Below are positions 1 through 9,053 of a DNA stretch of 64,000 nucleotides, piece by piece. The stretch is taken from contig CAZIYE010000001.1 in NCBI GenBank assembly GCA_964543385.1, positions 215,868 through 279,867 on the forward strand, in the 5' to 3' direction. The stretch is from an uncultured Candidatus Saccharibacteria bacterium. Its GTDB lineage: Bacteria; Patescibacteriota; UBA1384; XYA2-FULL-43-10; 1-14-0-10-43-13. The stretch's first letter is position 1; each line of letters opens with the position of its first letter. The position numbers and the translations under genes are program-made. The notes under the pieces were generated by a model. That model did not search any database. It was not told the origin of the DNA and saw only the letters and a list, made by a program, of their open reading frames with translations.

Positions 1-210
1 TTGAAGGTTTGGTTTAAACTTTCTTTTTGTGTGGATTTGTGAGTGAGAAATCTGGTTACCCGCAACTGAACTTTTATAACATATGGCACATCTTCCCATT
101 TGTATTCTCCTTGAAAAAATGATTGGTAAAGAACTAAACTTTTTGATAAAATATATAGAGTCTATCAAAGACTTAAATATTTTATCAGAATTAGTTAATT
201 TAATCAACCC

Positions 211-891
211 ATGTTTATATTATCTCTGCTACAACAACAACTCAGTTTTAATGATCTCTTAATTGTCATCACTACTTATGTTGGGGGAATAATTGTAAGT
301 ATTGGTTTCCATGAGTTTGCACATGCTTATGTTGCTAATAGATGTGGCGATCCAACAGCAAGATATGAAGGCCGAATGACATTAAATCCCTTAGCCCATC
401 TAGATATGGCTGGGACTTTTCTGCTCTTTCTTATTGGATTTGGGTGGGGAAAACCAGTTCCTATTAATCCAAACAACTTTCGAGGCAAAAACGATAATCT
501 GAAAGTTGCTTTCGCCGGAATTGTAGTCAATCTAATAACCGCTTTCCTTTTATCGATACCAAAATATATCGCCCTCGACCACGGCATTATGACCGACTCA
601 TCTATATGGCTATGGGCGCTAGATTCCCTAATCAATATCAATATTATACTAGCCGTTTTTAATTTACTGCCTGTGCCGCCCCTTGATGGATCACATCTTT
701 TCGAAAACTTTCTCGACGAGGATACATATAAGACTCTACAAAATATCGGCCCCACTATTCTAATGGGGGTTATTGTTCTGGGAGTAGTTACGGGACAATC
801 AATTATCTGGAATTACTGGATTGATCCACTCTCAAGGGGAATATCTATAGTATTCTCTCAGATAATTCTTCCGATAATTAATATATTATAA
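211..891 (+). CDS. Site-2 protease (peptidase M50) family zinc metalloprotease, multi-TM
   Basis: HEFAH (HExxH) motif within a TM segment, downstream LDG motif (PPLDGSHL), hydrophobic throughout. Confidence 0.8.
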   Translation: MFILSLLQQQLSFNDLLIVITTYVGGIIVSIGFHEFAHAYVANRCGDPTARYEGRMTLNPLAHLDMAGTFLLFLIGFGWGKPVPINPNNFRGKNDNLKVAFAGIVVNLITAFLLSIPKYIALDHGIMTDSSIWLWALDSLININIILAVFNLLPVPPLDGSHLFENFLDEDTYKTLQNIGPTILMGVIVLGVVTGQSIIWNYWIDPLSRGISIVFSQIILPIINIL

Positions 892-912
892 TCTAAGTAT
901 ACTCAGGATCCA

Positions 913-1725
913 CTAGTTTGAAATATCCATATTGGCAACCATATACCCAACACCAAATGGGTTCTCATATGAGTAGACCTTTGCTTTGTAGCTCTTTTGA
1001 GATATAGCACCTAGCAATATCAATGTCGAACGATAACCACACTCCCCTGCCTTCTCAACAAAATCATCATCCATATTCAACACTGAATAATCATCACCTT
1101 TTTTGATCAAAGATATAAATTCATTATCAAACTTTTCGCCATTAAAGGTTTCTCCTGCCTGGGACTCCTGACCTATCCTATGACTCAAATCACCTGAAGC
1201 GATGATAGCTATTCGGCTATTTGATTTTTTTTCACAGACCTCTGATAAGATCTGCCCAAACGCATAATGCTCGGCCTTCGATGCGGTAGAATATCCAATA
1301 GGAAGTATTTTATGGGAGAAATCTAGTTTTTGACTCAAAAAATAATAAGGCACTGTGACACCGTGATCCAATTCATATTCACCGTCACCATTATCATAAA
1401 AAATTGCTGGTAGACCTTCGTCCTCGGACTTATCGACAATCTCTGCAGCCAATTCAATATCGTTTTTAACGTGACGCTCATAATCAGAGTTATTAAATGA
1501 GTTAAAAGAAGCGTACAAGTCAGACATGCCGCATATATTAAATAAATGCGGATAATGAGCCATGTGGGGAGAAATAAAAATTATTACATCTGGGTCGGTA
1601 TCAGCCAGCTTTTCACCCATCTTCAAAAGAGCATCTTTTGTTTTCGCAATCTTTTTTTCATCACCCTTACCAATAAAAGGTACTAAAACTGGTGGATGAG
1701 GCACAATACCTGCAAAAACAATCAT
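913..1725 (-). CDS. LigB/MEMO1-like protein (class III extradiol dioxygenase fold; AmmeMemoRadiSam system B-like)
   Basis: N-terminal AGIVPHPP, internal SPHMAHYPH and ASGDLSHR His-containing motifs typical of the LigB/MEMO fold; SD AAAGGA upstream. Confidence 0.5.
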   Translation of the reverse strand: MIVFAGIVPHPPVLVPFIGKGDEKKIAKTKDALLKMGEKLADTDPDVIIFISPHMAHYPHLFNICGMSDLYASFNSFNNSDYERHVKNDIELAAEIVDKSEDEGLPAIFYDNGDGEYELDHGVTVPYYFLSQKLDFSHKILPIGYSTASKAEHYAFGQILSEVCEKKSNSRIAIIASGDLSHRIGQESQAGETFNGEKFDNEFISLIKKGDDYSVLNMDDDFVEKAGECGYRSTLILLGAISQKSYKAKVYSYENPFGVGYMVANMDISN

Positions 1726-1783
1726 GCTATTCCTTTTCGTTTAGTTATTATGAAATTATTATAACAAAAAGGTGAATAACTAA

Positions 1784-2005
1784 CTAATTATTATCATTAG
1801 ATCTGGTGGCAAGAGATATAATCATATATATAGCAGCCACTCCTACTATGTCATAAATTAATTTTGTAACAAAGGTAGCTTGACCAAAAATAACTTCTAC
1901 AAGATTGAAGTCAAATATACCAACCAACCCCCAGTTCACACCCCCAACAATTAAAAGCACTAATACGATCCAATCAATTGTGTTTAAGCGAAACATTTGT
2001 TTCAC
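1784..2005 (-). CDS. DUF378-family small membrane protein
   Basis: 73 aa, two TM helices with GGVNWGLVG motif; GGAGGTG SD upstream. Confidence 0.6.
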   Translation of the reverse strand: MKQMFRLNTIDWIVLVLLIVGGVNWGLVGIFDFNLVEVIFGQATFVTKLIYDIVGVAAIYMIISLATRSNDNN

Positions 2006-2078
2006 CTCCCTTTATTGTTTTAATAATGATTATAAATATAAATTATTAAGACATAAAATAAATAGCATAAAATACAAA

Positions 2079-2110
2079 AAGACAGAATATTAAAACTCTG
2101 TCTTTTTGAT
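2079..2110 (-). terminator. Rho-independent terminator downstream of large surface protein gene
   Basis: agacag..ctgtct stem followed by T-run on minus strand. Confidence 0.45.
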
Positions 2111-2147
2111 TTAGCCTAGTTAAAAATGGCCAATTTTATTGCATTCT

Positions 2148-5100
2148 CTAATTTGCTTGAGTCGTTGCTGCAGGAGTGCTTGGCACAGTACTTTTAACCT
2201 GGGTTGTAATATCACTAGGAATATCTGCAGATTTAAGAATCGCATCAAAGAATGACTGTAGAGATGGATCCACTTTAGTAGTTTTCCCACTTTCGGCTAC
2301 GGTAGTGAATGGATCTGAAGTCATTATATCTTTAGGTCTAGGGCACATATTATAGAAGGCGTCGCTAAGATTGGTATAACGCTTTACACAATTATATTCT
2401 TCACCATTTATAAAACGATACTCTTTTTGAACTGAACCATACCACTTGCCCTGAATAGTAGTCTTCATGACATCACCCATCACAGCAAGCATCTGTTCTG
2501 GAGTCTGACTACCTATTAATGTATATGGCTGATGACCGCTCCAGAAATACCAATTCATAAACTCTGTTGTCGAAGGATTTCTCCCCAGCATCTCTTTATA
2601 GACAGCAAATATCTTAGCAGAGCGAGCTTTCTGTTGATCTGGCGTTAGCTTGACTGGTGGAATCTGATAAACCCTTATGGTCTTCAACAGTTTCTTGAGG
2701 CTATGAGCATAATATACTTCGCTCATATCATAGTTTTGCGTGCCTGATATCATCTTTGGTGTTGGAGGTGTCAACGGTCTCTTGTCATTGCCGCCAAGAC
2801 TAACAGAGAATCCAGGTCCAGCCAGCTTAAATCCACCCTTTGCATTTTGACCGATGGACAACGGAATTGGTATAGGGCCGACAGGTACAAAACCACCTAT
2901 CCCTAATCCCCCATCTTTGCCTATAGACAGGCTAACTCCGACTCCAGCTAGGCTTCCAATCGGCAAGCTAGCACCAGTGATCCCATTTTTGTCGAAACCA
3001 ACACCTATATTCCCTAATCCTACAAGCTGGCCGACATTCACGGAGCCGCTGACAGAACCATTTAATCCGATACTTATACCACCCATGGAATTGCCGCTAG
3101 AATCATTATATGCATAATTCATAGCCAGATTACCCTTACTATCAAAGGCCATACCTAGATTGCCACCTGTGGTTATTTCTTTAGTACGAGCGACCTCTTT
3201 TGTTTGCTCTTCTCCAGTTGCTGGATCTATTACTGCTTTACCATCAGCTCCAGTAACTAAAACCTTGTCAAAAACCTGCTTACCCTGACCGTCTAACACA
3301 TTGACGGTCTTTACGTCAAATTTAGAGAGATCAACGCTACCAGATACTACACCTCTTGTGTCGATCATTAATGAACCCGCCCCTGACATGATTTTCTCAC
3401 CTAAAATATTTTTTGCTGAATTTGGCAATAATTTATCCAAAGGCAAAGGAATCTGGAATGATTTAGTATTAGCATTGTAAGAGAAAAGTTGCCCAAAGGC
3501 CTTGAATGATCCACCAACGCTCCCGTCTCTAGCTACCTGTATTGAGGTCATCTCAAAATACTTGCCGTCTTGGCCAAGCGAAATATAAGCATTACCATCT
3601 AATTTATTTAAATCAGCATAAACATTACCATTTCTGTCTGAAACTAAGCTGATTTTTTGTCCTGCAAATTCAACAGGTACATTTGCAGTATATTTCTGAG
3701 TAAATGGATCAAATGCAATATAACCAATTGACTCGAAACAACCATCTGATTGGGCACCACCAGCACATGCAACCTTTTTCTTTATCGAGGTAACATATTC
3801 CATATGACCAGTTGCAGTATTCATCGATACACCTGTTCGATAGGAAGTTTTCAAAATATCATTACTTTCGATCATATTGCTAACATATTCAGCAAACTCC
3901 AAAGTCTTGATAGTATCGGCGTTGCCCTTAGATACTGATTGTATACCTGCAACAGTCGATTTCATTGCATCTAGATTGAATGGAATAGTTGAAAGATATG
4001 AAGTTATAGCTCGCTGATCATCAATATTGTTTGGTCGCATTGCAGCTGCCATAAGCGAAGCACAGCTACCAACGCAATAACCATTGTTCTTGGATATATC
4101 CTCTGCTATTGCCTTAGAATTATCGTTTAAAAATATAATTGTTTCTAAGCTAAAATATTTATCCGCTCCTGTTGCAGAAGCAGTAGCTATCAAAGTCTTC
4201 ATTGCATCGGCTTGTGCTCTTGCAGAATCATCAATCTGCGCCGTCTGATCTGCTGATAAATCCTTTTCATTTGCAGCAATGGTATTAGTTAAGAAATTCC
4301 ATGCGGTAAGCAATGGATTTGCCACCCCGTCCCATACACGAGCAAAAATATTTAAATCTTTTTCTGCCACACTGGCTGGCGTTTCTGGAACTCCAGCATT
4401 AGGGCCAACCGTATTAGTACTATCAGTTCTTTTTAAAGCAGCAATCTCTGGCTTTGCTAGTAGATCCATCACTATTTCCATATTTCTAGCAAATGGCTCC
4501 GCTAACTTCTGATCCTTATCGATCAAGTTTGCCTCATACATTGGTTGATTTAAAGCATTGTGGAGTATAGTTTCTGCTTCTGTATGATTGCTACTTGCCC
4601 AACTTACGCCATCTTTAGACCAAACAGTACCATCCCATTTATATCCCAAATAATCCTCTGAAATTTGCTGGATCAATTCCTTATCAGATTTTACTTTTAT
4701 AGCTTGGATATCAGGTTTAGCGAGTGTTATTTGAAGCTGTTTATTCAAAGCATCGGCATGATTGACAGCTGCCGGATTAGTCTTTGCTTGGTTATAAGCC
4801 GCCAGAGTTTCGTTACATTGATCATGAAGTAAATTTTCAGCAGGTGTATGTTTGGCCCTATCCCAAGTGTCGCCGCTATCATTAACCCAAGCCCCGGTGA
4901 CTTGCTTGCCATTTAGAGTCCAAACCTTGTCAGGGTTCCAGATATAACCCAAATAACCATCCGAGATGTCACTAACTACTTGGGCTGCTATTACAACTTT
5001 ATTATTTGCGGAAGCGGCAACTGTCGCAGGCTTTACCATGATAGCATTTGCAGCTTTTATCTGCTTATCAAGTTCCAGAGCATTACTTTTAACAGGAGAG

Positions 5101-5558
5101 TCAACGGTTTGATTAGCAACATACAATGCCTGATTTAATGCACTATGAAGTTCAATATCGGTTTGACTATGCCCTTCATTGGTCCAAACTTTGCCATTAT
5201 TATCAACCCAGGCTCCCTTAACCTCTTTGCCGTTTATAGTCTGAGCTTGATTTGGATTCCACTTATAACCAAGCTTGGCTTGAGAAACAGTACTGATAGC
5301 ATCAACTGTACTCATGGCTTGAAGCTTGTAGCTCCTACTTGCATCGGCTTTAGGAGCAGTAGTAGTCTGTATCGCAGGCAAAGCAGAGCTATCTGCACTA
5401 ATCAAGTCCGTAAAGAAAAATACAAATCCACAAACCAAAAACAGAATCGTTGATATAAGTAATATCAAGGCCTTTTTATCAATAGAGCTTTTACTTTTCA
5501 TCTCCCTCCAAAACATTATTACAATTACATATAAAATTACATTAGAAACAATCGCCAA
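2148..5558 (-). CDS. Large membrane-anchored surface protein: N-terminal TM, three tandem ~60-aa repeats, Gly-rich low-complexity region, C-terminal DUF4214-like domain
   Basis: 1136-aa ORF; N-terminal hydrophobic helix; three repeats of LGYKWNP..GAWV..W...LHSALNQ..Y.AN; GxG-rich stretch; C-terminal FAVYKEMLGRNPSTTEFMNWYF resembling DUF4214 consensus. Confidence 0.7.
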   Translation of the reverse strand: MAIVSNVILYVIVIMFWREMKSKSSIDKKALILLISTILFLVCGFVFFFTDLISADSSALPAIQTTTAPKADASRSYKLQAMSTVDAISTVSQAKLGYKWNPNQAQTINGKEVKGAWVDNNGKVWTNEGHSQTDIELHSALNQALYVANQTVDSPVKSNALELDKQIKAANAIMVKPATVAASANNKVVIAAQVVSDISDGYLGYIWNPDKVWTLNGKQVTGAWVNDSGDTWDRAKHTPAENLLHDQCNETLAAYNQAKTNPAAVNHADALNKQLQITLAKPDIQAIKVKSDKELIQQISEDYLGYKWDGTVWSKDGVSWASSNHTEAETILHNALNQPMYEANLIDKDQKLAEPFARNMEIVMDLLAKPEIAALKRTDSTNTVGPNAGVPETPASVAEKDLNIFARVWDGVANPLLTAWNFLTNTIAANEKDLSADQTAQIDDSARAQADAMKTLIATASATGADKYFSLETIIFLNDNSKAIAEDISKNNGYCVGSCASLMAAAMRPNNIDDQRAITSYLSTIPFNLDAMKSTVAGIQSVSKGNADTIKTLEFAEYVSNMIESNDILKTSYRTGVSMNTATGHMEYVTSIKKKVACAGGAQSDGCFESIGYIAFDPFTQKYTANVPVEFAGQKISLVSDRNGNVYADLNKLDGNAYISLGQDGKYFEMTSIQVARDGSVGGSFKAFGQLFSYNANTKSFQIPLPLDKLLPNSAKNILGEKIMSGAGSLMIDTRGVVSGSVDLSKFDVKTVNVLDGQGKQVFDKVLVTGADGKAVIDPATGEEQTKEVARTKEITTGGNLGMAFDSKGNLAMNYAYNDSSGNSMGGISIGLNGSVSGSVNVGQLVGLGNIGVGFDKNGITGASLPIGSLAGVGVSLSIGKDGGLGIGGFVPVGPIPIPLSIGQNAKGGFKLAGPGFSVSLGGNDKRPLTPPTPKMISGTQNYDMSEVYYAHSLKKLLKTIRVYQIPPVKLTPDQQKARSAKIFAVYKEMLGRNPSTTEFMNWYFWSGHQPYTLIGSQTPEQMLAVMGDVMKTTIQGKWYGSVQKEYRFINGEEYNCVKRYTNLSDAFYNMCPRPKDIMTSDPFTTVAESGKTTKVDPSLQSFFDAILKSADIPSDITTQVKSTVPSTPAATTQAN

Positions 5559-5637
5559 TTCGATGACTAATTAATATTTTAGTGCTTTATATTTTGTCTG
5601 TCAAATTGTCCCAAAAAACAAAACTATAGAAATAATA

Positions 5638-6015
5638 CTAGTATGGGAAGGGCCCTGGGATCTCCGGTCCCGACATTGGCGTCGCCTCTCCTTGTCTTTG
5701 TGGCCGACTGTTCTCAGGGATATCATTAGTAGCTTGATTTGATTGGCTATCTTGAGAATTGCTTTGATCTTGTTGCACGGTCGCAGAGCTATCTTCCTCC
5801 GGAGATTTTTCTGCCTCCGGCGTAGACTCTGGCGGCATTTCTTCTACGACTGGTACTGGCTGAGGAGATAATTTTTCCTCTTTAGGTTTTTTAATAAAAG
5901 AATATAAAGCAAAACCAGCGATAACGACTATCACAGCCACTACTACAAAATTCATAATCATCCTCAAATTTCTTCTCTTCTCATCCATATGAATAACATA
6001 CATTTTATTTACCAA
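5638..6015 (-). CDS. Hypothetical membrane-anchored protein with Pro/Glu/Ser/Gln-rich tail
   Basis: 125 aa, one TM helix then low-complexity acidic tail. Confidence 0.45.
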   Translation of the reverse strand: MVNKMYVIHMDEKRRNLRMIMNFVVVAVIVVIAGFALYSFIKKPKEEKLSPQPVPVVEEMPPESTPEAEKSPEEDSSATVQQDQSNSQDSQSNQATNDIPENSRPQRQGEATPMSGPEIPGPFPY

Positions 6016-6058
6016 TTCTGAAAGGTAACATGTTATAAAAATTAAAAAAGGATATATT

Positions 6059-6232
6059 GTGCCACCAAAATATATTTGTATTACGGATGACTTCTACACA
6101 GACAATAAAGCAGACGCAATGGATCATATAGACATGCATCCCCGCCATGAAATAGTAGAAATCGTCAGAGACAATCAGGGAACAATTGAGACAAGATTAA
6201 TTAAAGTCGTCTCAGAGAAGAGTCTAGAATAG
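6059..6232 (+). CDS. Possible small protein (57 aa, GTG start), not in ORF track
   Basis: AAAGGA SD 8 nt upstream of GTG; ORF VPPKYICITDDFYTDNKADAMDHIDMHPRHEIVEIVRDNQGTIETRLIKVVSEKSLE. Confidence 0.25.
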   Translation: MPPKYICITDDFYTDNKADAMDHIDMHPRHEIVEIVRDNQGTIETRLIKVVSEKSLE

Positions 6233-6236
6233 AGCC

Positions 6237-6848
6237 TTATCTTTTTATTAATTGTATTAGGAAAAAGATAATTCCTGCGCCCAAAACAATGAAACCAAGG
6301 TATTCGATGGAAATCACAAGCATTAGAACAATTACTGGCAAATATATTAAAAATAATAACAAAAATGCGCCTCTCTGATTATTTGAAAAAATCGCTAGAA
6401 TAAATGATGCAAGGAGAGAAAGCACTGAGATTAAAATAATGAGTGGACTCGCCCCTAAAAGATTACGTTGCAGACAAATACTACTTTGAGTTGCCAGTTG
6501 GCAATAAATCATTAAGATACCTAACATGGAGTATGTTACTAACACGATAATAATAATTAAACGACAATCACCCCTCCAGCAGGGGCCCAAAATACCACTA
6601 ATAAATTTAACTGGAAAAACAAGATTAGAAAAAACCCTACCATTTCTTTGATCATTGAATTTAACAACTCCCATAGCTTCATCTACTTTTTGTCTAACCT
6701 TTATACCTATATCAGAGACTAGCTCCTTCTCTATTTCTTTCTCAATCTCTTCCTCAATCTTTTTATCAATATGCTCAGGCAATTTTTTTATTTTTTCGTC
6801 TATCTCGCTCTCAATTTTCTCTGATTTTTTTATCTTGCGATGTGCCAT
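6237..6848 (-). CDS. Hypothetical membrane protein with KE-rich N-terminal coiled region
   Basis: 203 aa; EEIEKEIEKE repeats then 4 predicted TM helices. Confidence 0.5.
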   Translation of the reverse strand: MAHRKIKKSEKIESEIDEKIKKLPEHIDKKIEEEIEKEIEKELVSDIGIKVRQKVDEAMGVVKFNDQRNGRVFSNLVFPVKFISGILGPCWRGDCRLIIIIVLVTYSMLGILMIYCQLATQSSICLQRNLLGASPLIILISVLSLLASFILAIFSNNQRGAFLLLFLIYLPVIVLMLVISIEYLGFIVLGAGIIFFLIQLIKR

Positions 6849-6997
6849 GCTTCCCCATTATTTATATTGAACTCACATTACTACTTTTTAAAGCATCCCG
6901 TTTTGTTGCATTTATCAATTTTAGATATTTCATATTTTATAAATAGAGTTAAAAATGAGAAAAGAGGATTCAAAAAATATTAATTGAAAGGATTCTT

Positions 6998-7210
6998 ATG
7001 GCAAGAGACGTAGGAGGAATCGGACCAGCTAATATTATGAAACAAATGAAAGGAATCCATTTCCCTGCAACTAGAAGCGAAATAGTGGAATTAGTCAAAA
7101 ATGGACCAGGACCAGATACAGATCAAGTTATTGGGATTGTCGAAAAATTACCTGAAAAAGAATACAAATCAGTAGCTGAAATTATGAAAGAAATAGGTAA
7201 AATCGAATAA
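6998..7210 (+). CDS. DUF2795-family small protein
   Basis: 70 aa with GIHFPATRSEIVELV motif characteristic of DUF2795. Confidence 0.6.
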   Translation: MARDVGGIGPANIMKQMKGIHFPATRSEIVELVKNGPGPDTDQVIGIVEKLPEKEYKSVAEIMKEIGKIE

Positions 7211-7311
7211 TTGAGATAGTACGAATAAACATGAATAATCATCACCGCTATTTAGTGTTGCACTATTTTGTTGGATTTAATATTCTGTATCCTATATTAA
7301 TATTGAGAATA

Positions 7312-7388
7312 CGGGGATTAGCGCAGCCTGGTAGCGCGCATCGTTCGGGACGATGAGGTCGTGAGTTCAAATCTCGCATCCCCGACCA
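7312..7388 (+). tRNA. tRNA-Pro (anticodon CGG)
   Basis: Cloverleaf folded by hand: acceptor cggggat/atccccg with C1-G72 (typical of bacterial tRNA-Pro), anticodon loop ttCGGga, T-loop ttcaaat, encoded CCA. Confidence 0.85.
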
Positions 7389-7440
7389 ATTGACAAAGAT
7401 ATAGGCTTTGTTAATATTAAGCGTATGAAGAATTATCGGA

Positions 7441-7500
7441 ATACTATTAACATTAATATAAATCACCCTTCGGCGGCGAATTATTAATGTTAAAAAAATA
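7441..7500 (+). repeat. Perfect 12-bp inverted repeat (ttaacattaata / tattaatgttaa) flanking a 24-nt loop, just downstream of tRNA-Pro
   Basis: seen directly; followed by terminator hairpin. Confidence 0.4.
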
Positions 7501-7511
7501 TTCGATAACAT

Positions 7512-7540
7512 CACCGCCTAAAGGGCGGTTTTTGTTTTTA
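7512..7540 (+). terminator. Rho-independent terminator after tRNA-Pro region
   Basis: caccgcc taaa gggcgg followed by tttttgttttt. Confidence 0.55.
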
Positions 7541-7597
7541 GATAGCTTGGATTAGGTGTTGCCAAATCTAGTCCAATACTGTCTAAGGAGACCGACA

Positions 7598-7930
7598 ATG
7601 ATAATCCAGGGAATAATCCAAAACTTCCTGACCGAACGGGGAGCTTTTGGACAATTGTATCCTGAGCTACCATTTACAATTAACACTTGTGCCGGAACAA
7701 TAAGTATTCCGGACAATCGACTACCGCTAGAGCAACGAAAATCCTACCTCCGTAGAGCAAACCTTTCAAGCAAACCTGTTCTCACCATCGAAGAAAATAC
7801 GATTACAGTGAGAACAGATAAGTTGGAAATATCGCTTACCAGAGATAGTGATATTAGTTGGACTGGCACTATGACAGCCATAGATGCTCGCATTGAGAGC
7901 GATGGCGTAGTTGCCACGGAGACCGGCTAA
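7598..7930 (+). CDS. Hypothetical protein (110 aa), GC-elevated
   Basis: AAGGAG SD 8 nt before ATG at 7598 (ORF track start 7556 is an upstream extension); hairpin 7918-7941 spans the stop. Confidence 0.5.
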   Translation: MIIQGIIQNFLTERGAFGQLYPELPFTINTCAGTISIPDNRLPLEQRKSYLRRANLSSKPVLTIEENTITVRTDKLEISLTRDSDISWTGTMTAIDARIESDGVVATETG

Positions 7931-7941
7931 TGCCGGTCTCC
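7918..7941 (+). terminator. Hairpin ggagaccggc-taat-gccggtctcc overlapping stop codon
   Basis: 10-bp perfect stem; weak T-tract. Confidence 0.35.
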
Positions 7942-7969
7942 AGACCAAATTTCGTTTAAAAGTTAAATT

Positions 7970-8003
7970 GTTGACAACAATATCAGTAAAGGACTATAAA
8001 TAT
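7970..8003 (+). promoter_or_regulatory. Sigma70-like promoter TTGACA-N18-TATAAA
   Basis: ttgaca acaatatcagtaaaggac tataaat. Confidence 0.35.
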
Positions 8004-8027
8004 ATTAATGAAACAAAATCATAAAAA

Positions 8028-8090
8028 TCTCCTCCTCGTCCTCCTTATTAGCCCAACCCAGCGGTGGTGATTTTTCTTGATGTAAAATAA
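8028..8090 (+). CDS. Candidate leader peptide MKQNHKNLLLVLLISPTQRW (20 aa), Leu-rich
   Basis: lies between promoter (7970) and terminator (8119-8138) upstream of gene 8191; no obvious SD. Confidence 0.2.
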
Positions 8091-8118
8091 ATAATATCGT
8101 TTAGCACTTCAAAATATC

Positions 8119-8138
8119 CCGCCGCAAGGCGGTTTTTT
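8119..8138 (+). terminator. Intrinsic terminator/attenuator hairpin ccgcc-gcaa-ggcgg + T6
   Basis: seen directly; located in 5' leader of 8191..8571. Confidence 0.5.
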
Positions 8139-8190
8139 CGTATTGATCTTTGGAGCTTGGGTCATCCCAGGCTATCAAAGATCAAGGAGA

Positions 8191-8571
8191 ATGCCGATGG
8201 ATTATATCCAGAATCCAGACGTCAACCTAGGACTTGACTCTCGAAGATTGGAGTCAGGCTGGACTGTAGTATTGAGGGTTATCCCGAAAAGGAATGGCGG
8301 GGAGGTCTACGAAAGCCACGGAAATGGCACAAACCTCAAGGAAGCAATCATCGACGCTGCCCGCCAAGCATTCGCGATTCCCGAAACCATAGTCATAGTT
8401 GAGGAGAGCTATCATAACAAAGTGCGCTGCCTTTTCTACAACTATGCCTCGACTGAATACACCGGCGAGTATCCATGGAGACTCGCTCTGGCATATTCAA
8501 TGCTTTTCTATCTGTTGCATAAGCAGATGAAAACAAAGGCCAAGAGCTTTAAAACAATTATCCTGGCCTAA
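8191..8571 (+). CDS. Hypothetical protein (126 aa)
   Basis: AAGGAGA SD before ATG at 8191; ORF track start 8143 is an extension. Confidence 0.5.
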   Translation: MPMDYIQNPDVNLGLDSRRLESGWTVVLRVIPKRNGGEVYESHGNGTNLKEAIIDAARQAFAIPETIVIVEESYHNKVRCLFYNYASTEYTGEYPWRLALAYSMLFYLLHKQMKTKAKSFKTIILA

Positions 8572-8637
8572 TCTATTCCGTTGAATCATAGCAAGGCTAT
8601 GATATGTAAATAATAGCGATCCTATTATTTACACTCC

Positions 8638-8668
8638 GAGCACCCCGTCGCACAGCGGGGTGCTTCCT
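8638..8668 (+). terminator. Terminator hairpin gagcaccccg-tcgcacag-cggggtgctt
   Basis: 10-bp stem, third of three consecutive hairpins in 8585-8668. Confidence 0.45.
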
Positions 8669-8671
8669 TTA

Positions 8672-8953
8672 TTATAGGTTCTTTATTTTTTCCTGTGTCT
8701 TTACTGCTATTGTATGTAAAAATTCAAACAACTCCCCTGCTTCTGCCTCCGATAAACCAATTTTCCGAGCAAATTCTAACCTTTTTGCCAAAACATTTTT
8801 TTTCCTATCCGAATCAATTATCGGTAAAGCAAAATTTTTCTTGAATTCCCCAATTTGGCTAGCAATTTCAATCCGCTCCAACAAAAGTTTGAGCATCTTC
8901 TCGTCAACTTCATCTATCCTGAGCCGCAACTCGCTTAATACTTTGTTTTCCAT
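8672..8953 (-). CDS. Chorismate mutase (AroQ class)
   Basis: 93 aa; LRxRIDEVDEKMLKLLLERIEIASQIGEFK matches the AroQ helix-1 signature. Confidence 0.75.
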   Translation of the reverse strand: MENKVLSELRLRIDEVDEKMLKLLLERIEIASQIGEFKKNFALPIIDSDRKKNVLAKRLEFARKIGLSEAEAGELFEFLHTIAVKTQEKIKNL

Positions 8954-9053
8954 ATTTCTCCAATTTTAATTGATAACTAAATAATACTATTAAAATAGCG
9001 AGATTAAAAACAACTCCTTAATAAAGAAGCAATTTATTGCTAAAATAGAATAT

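Noticed and set aside
2854-5453. Plus-strand ORFs 2854..3117, 3750..3938, 4279..4512 and 5145..5453 inside the large surface-protein gene
   Set aside because: They are antisense to a long, repeat-bearing CDS. The Pro/Gly-rich translations reflect the Gly codons on the opposite strand.
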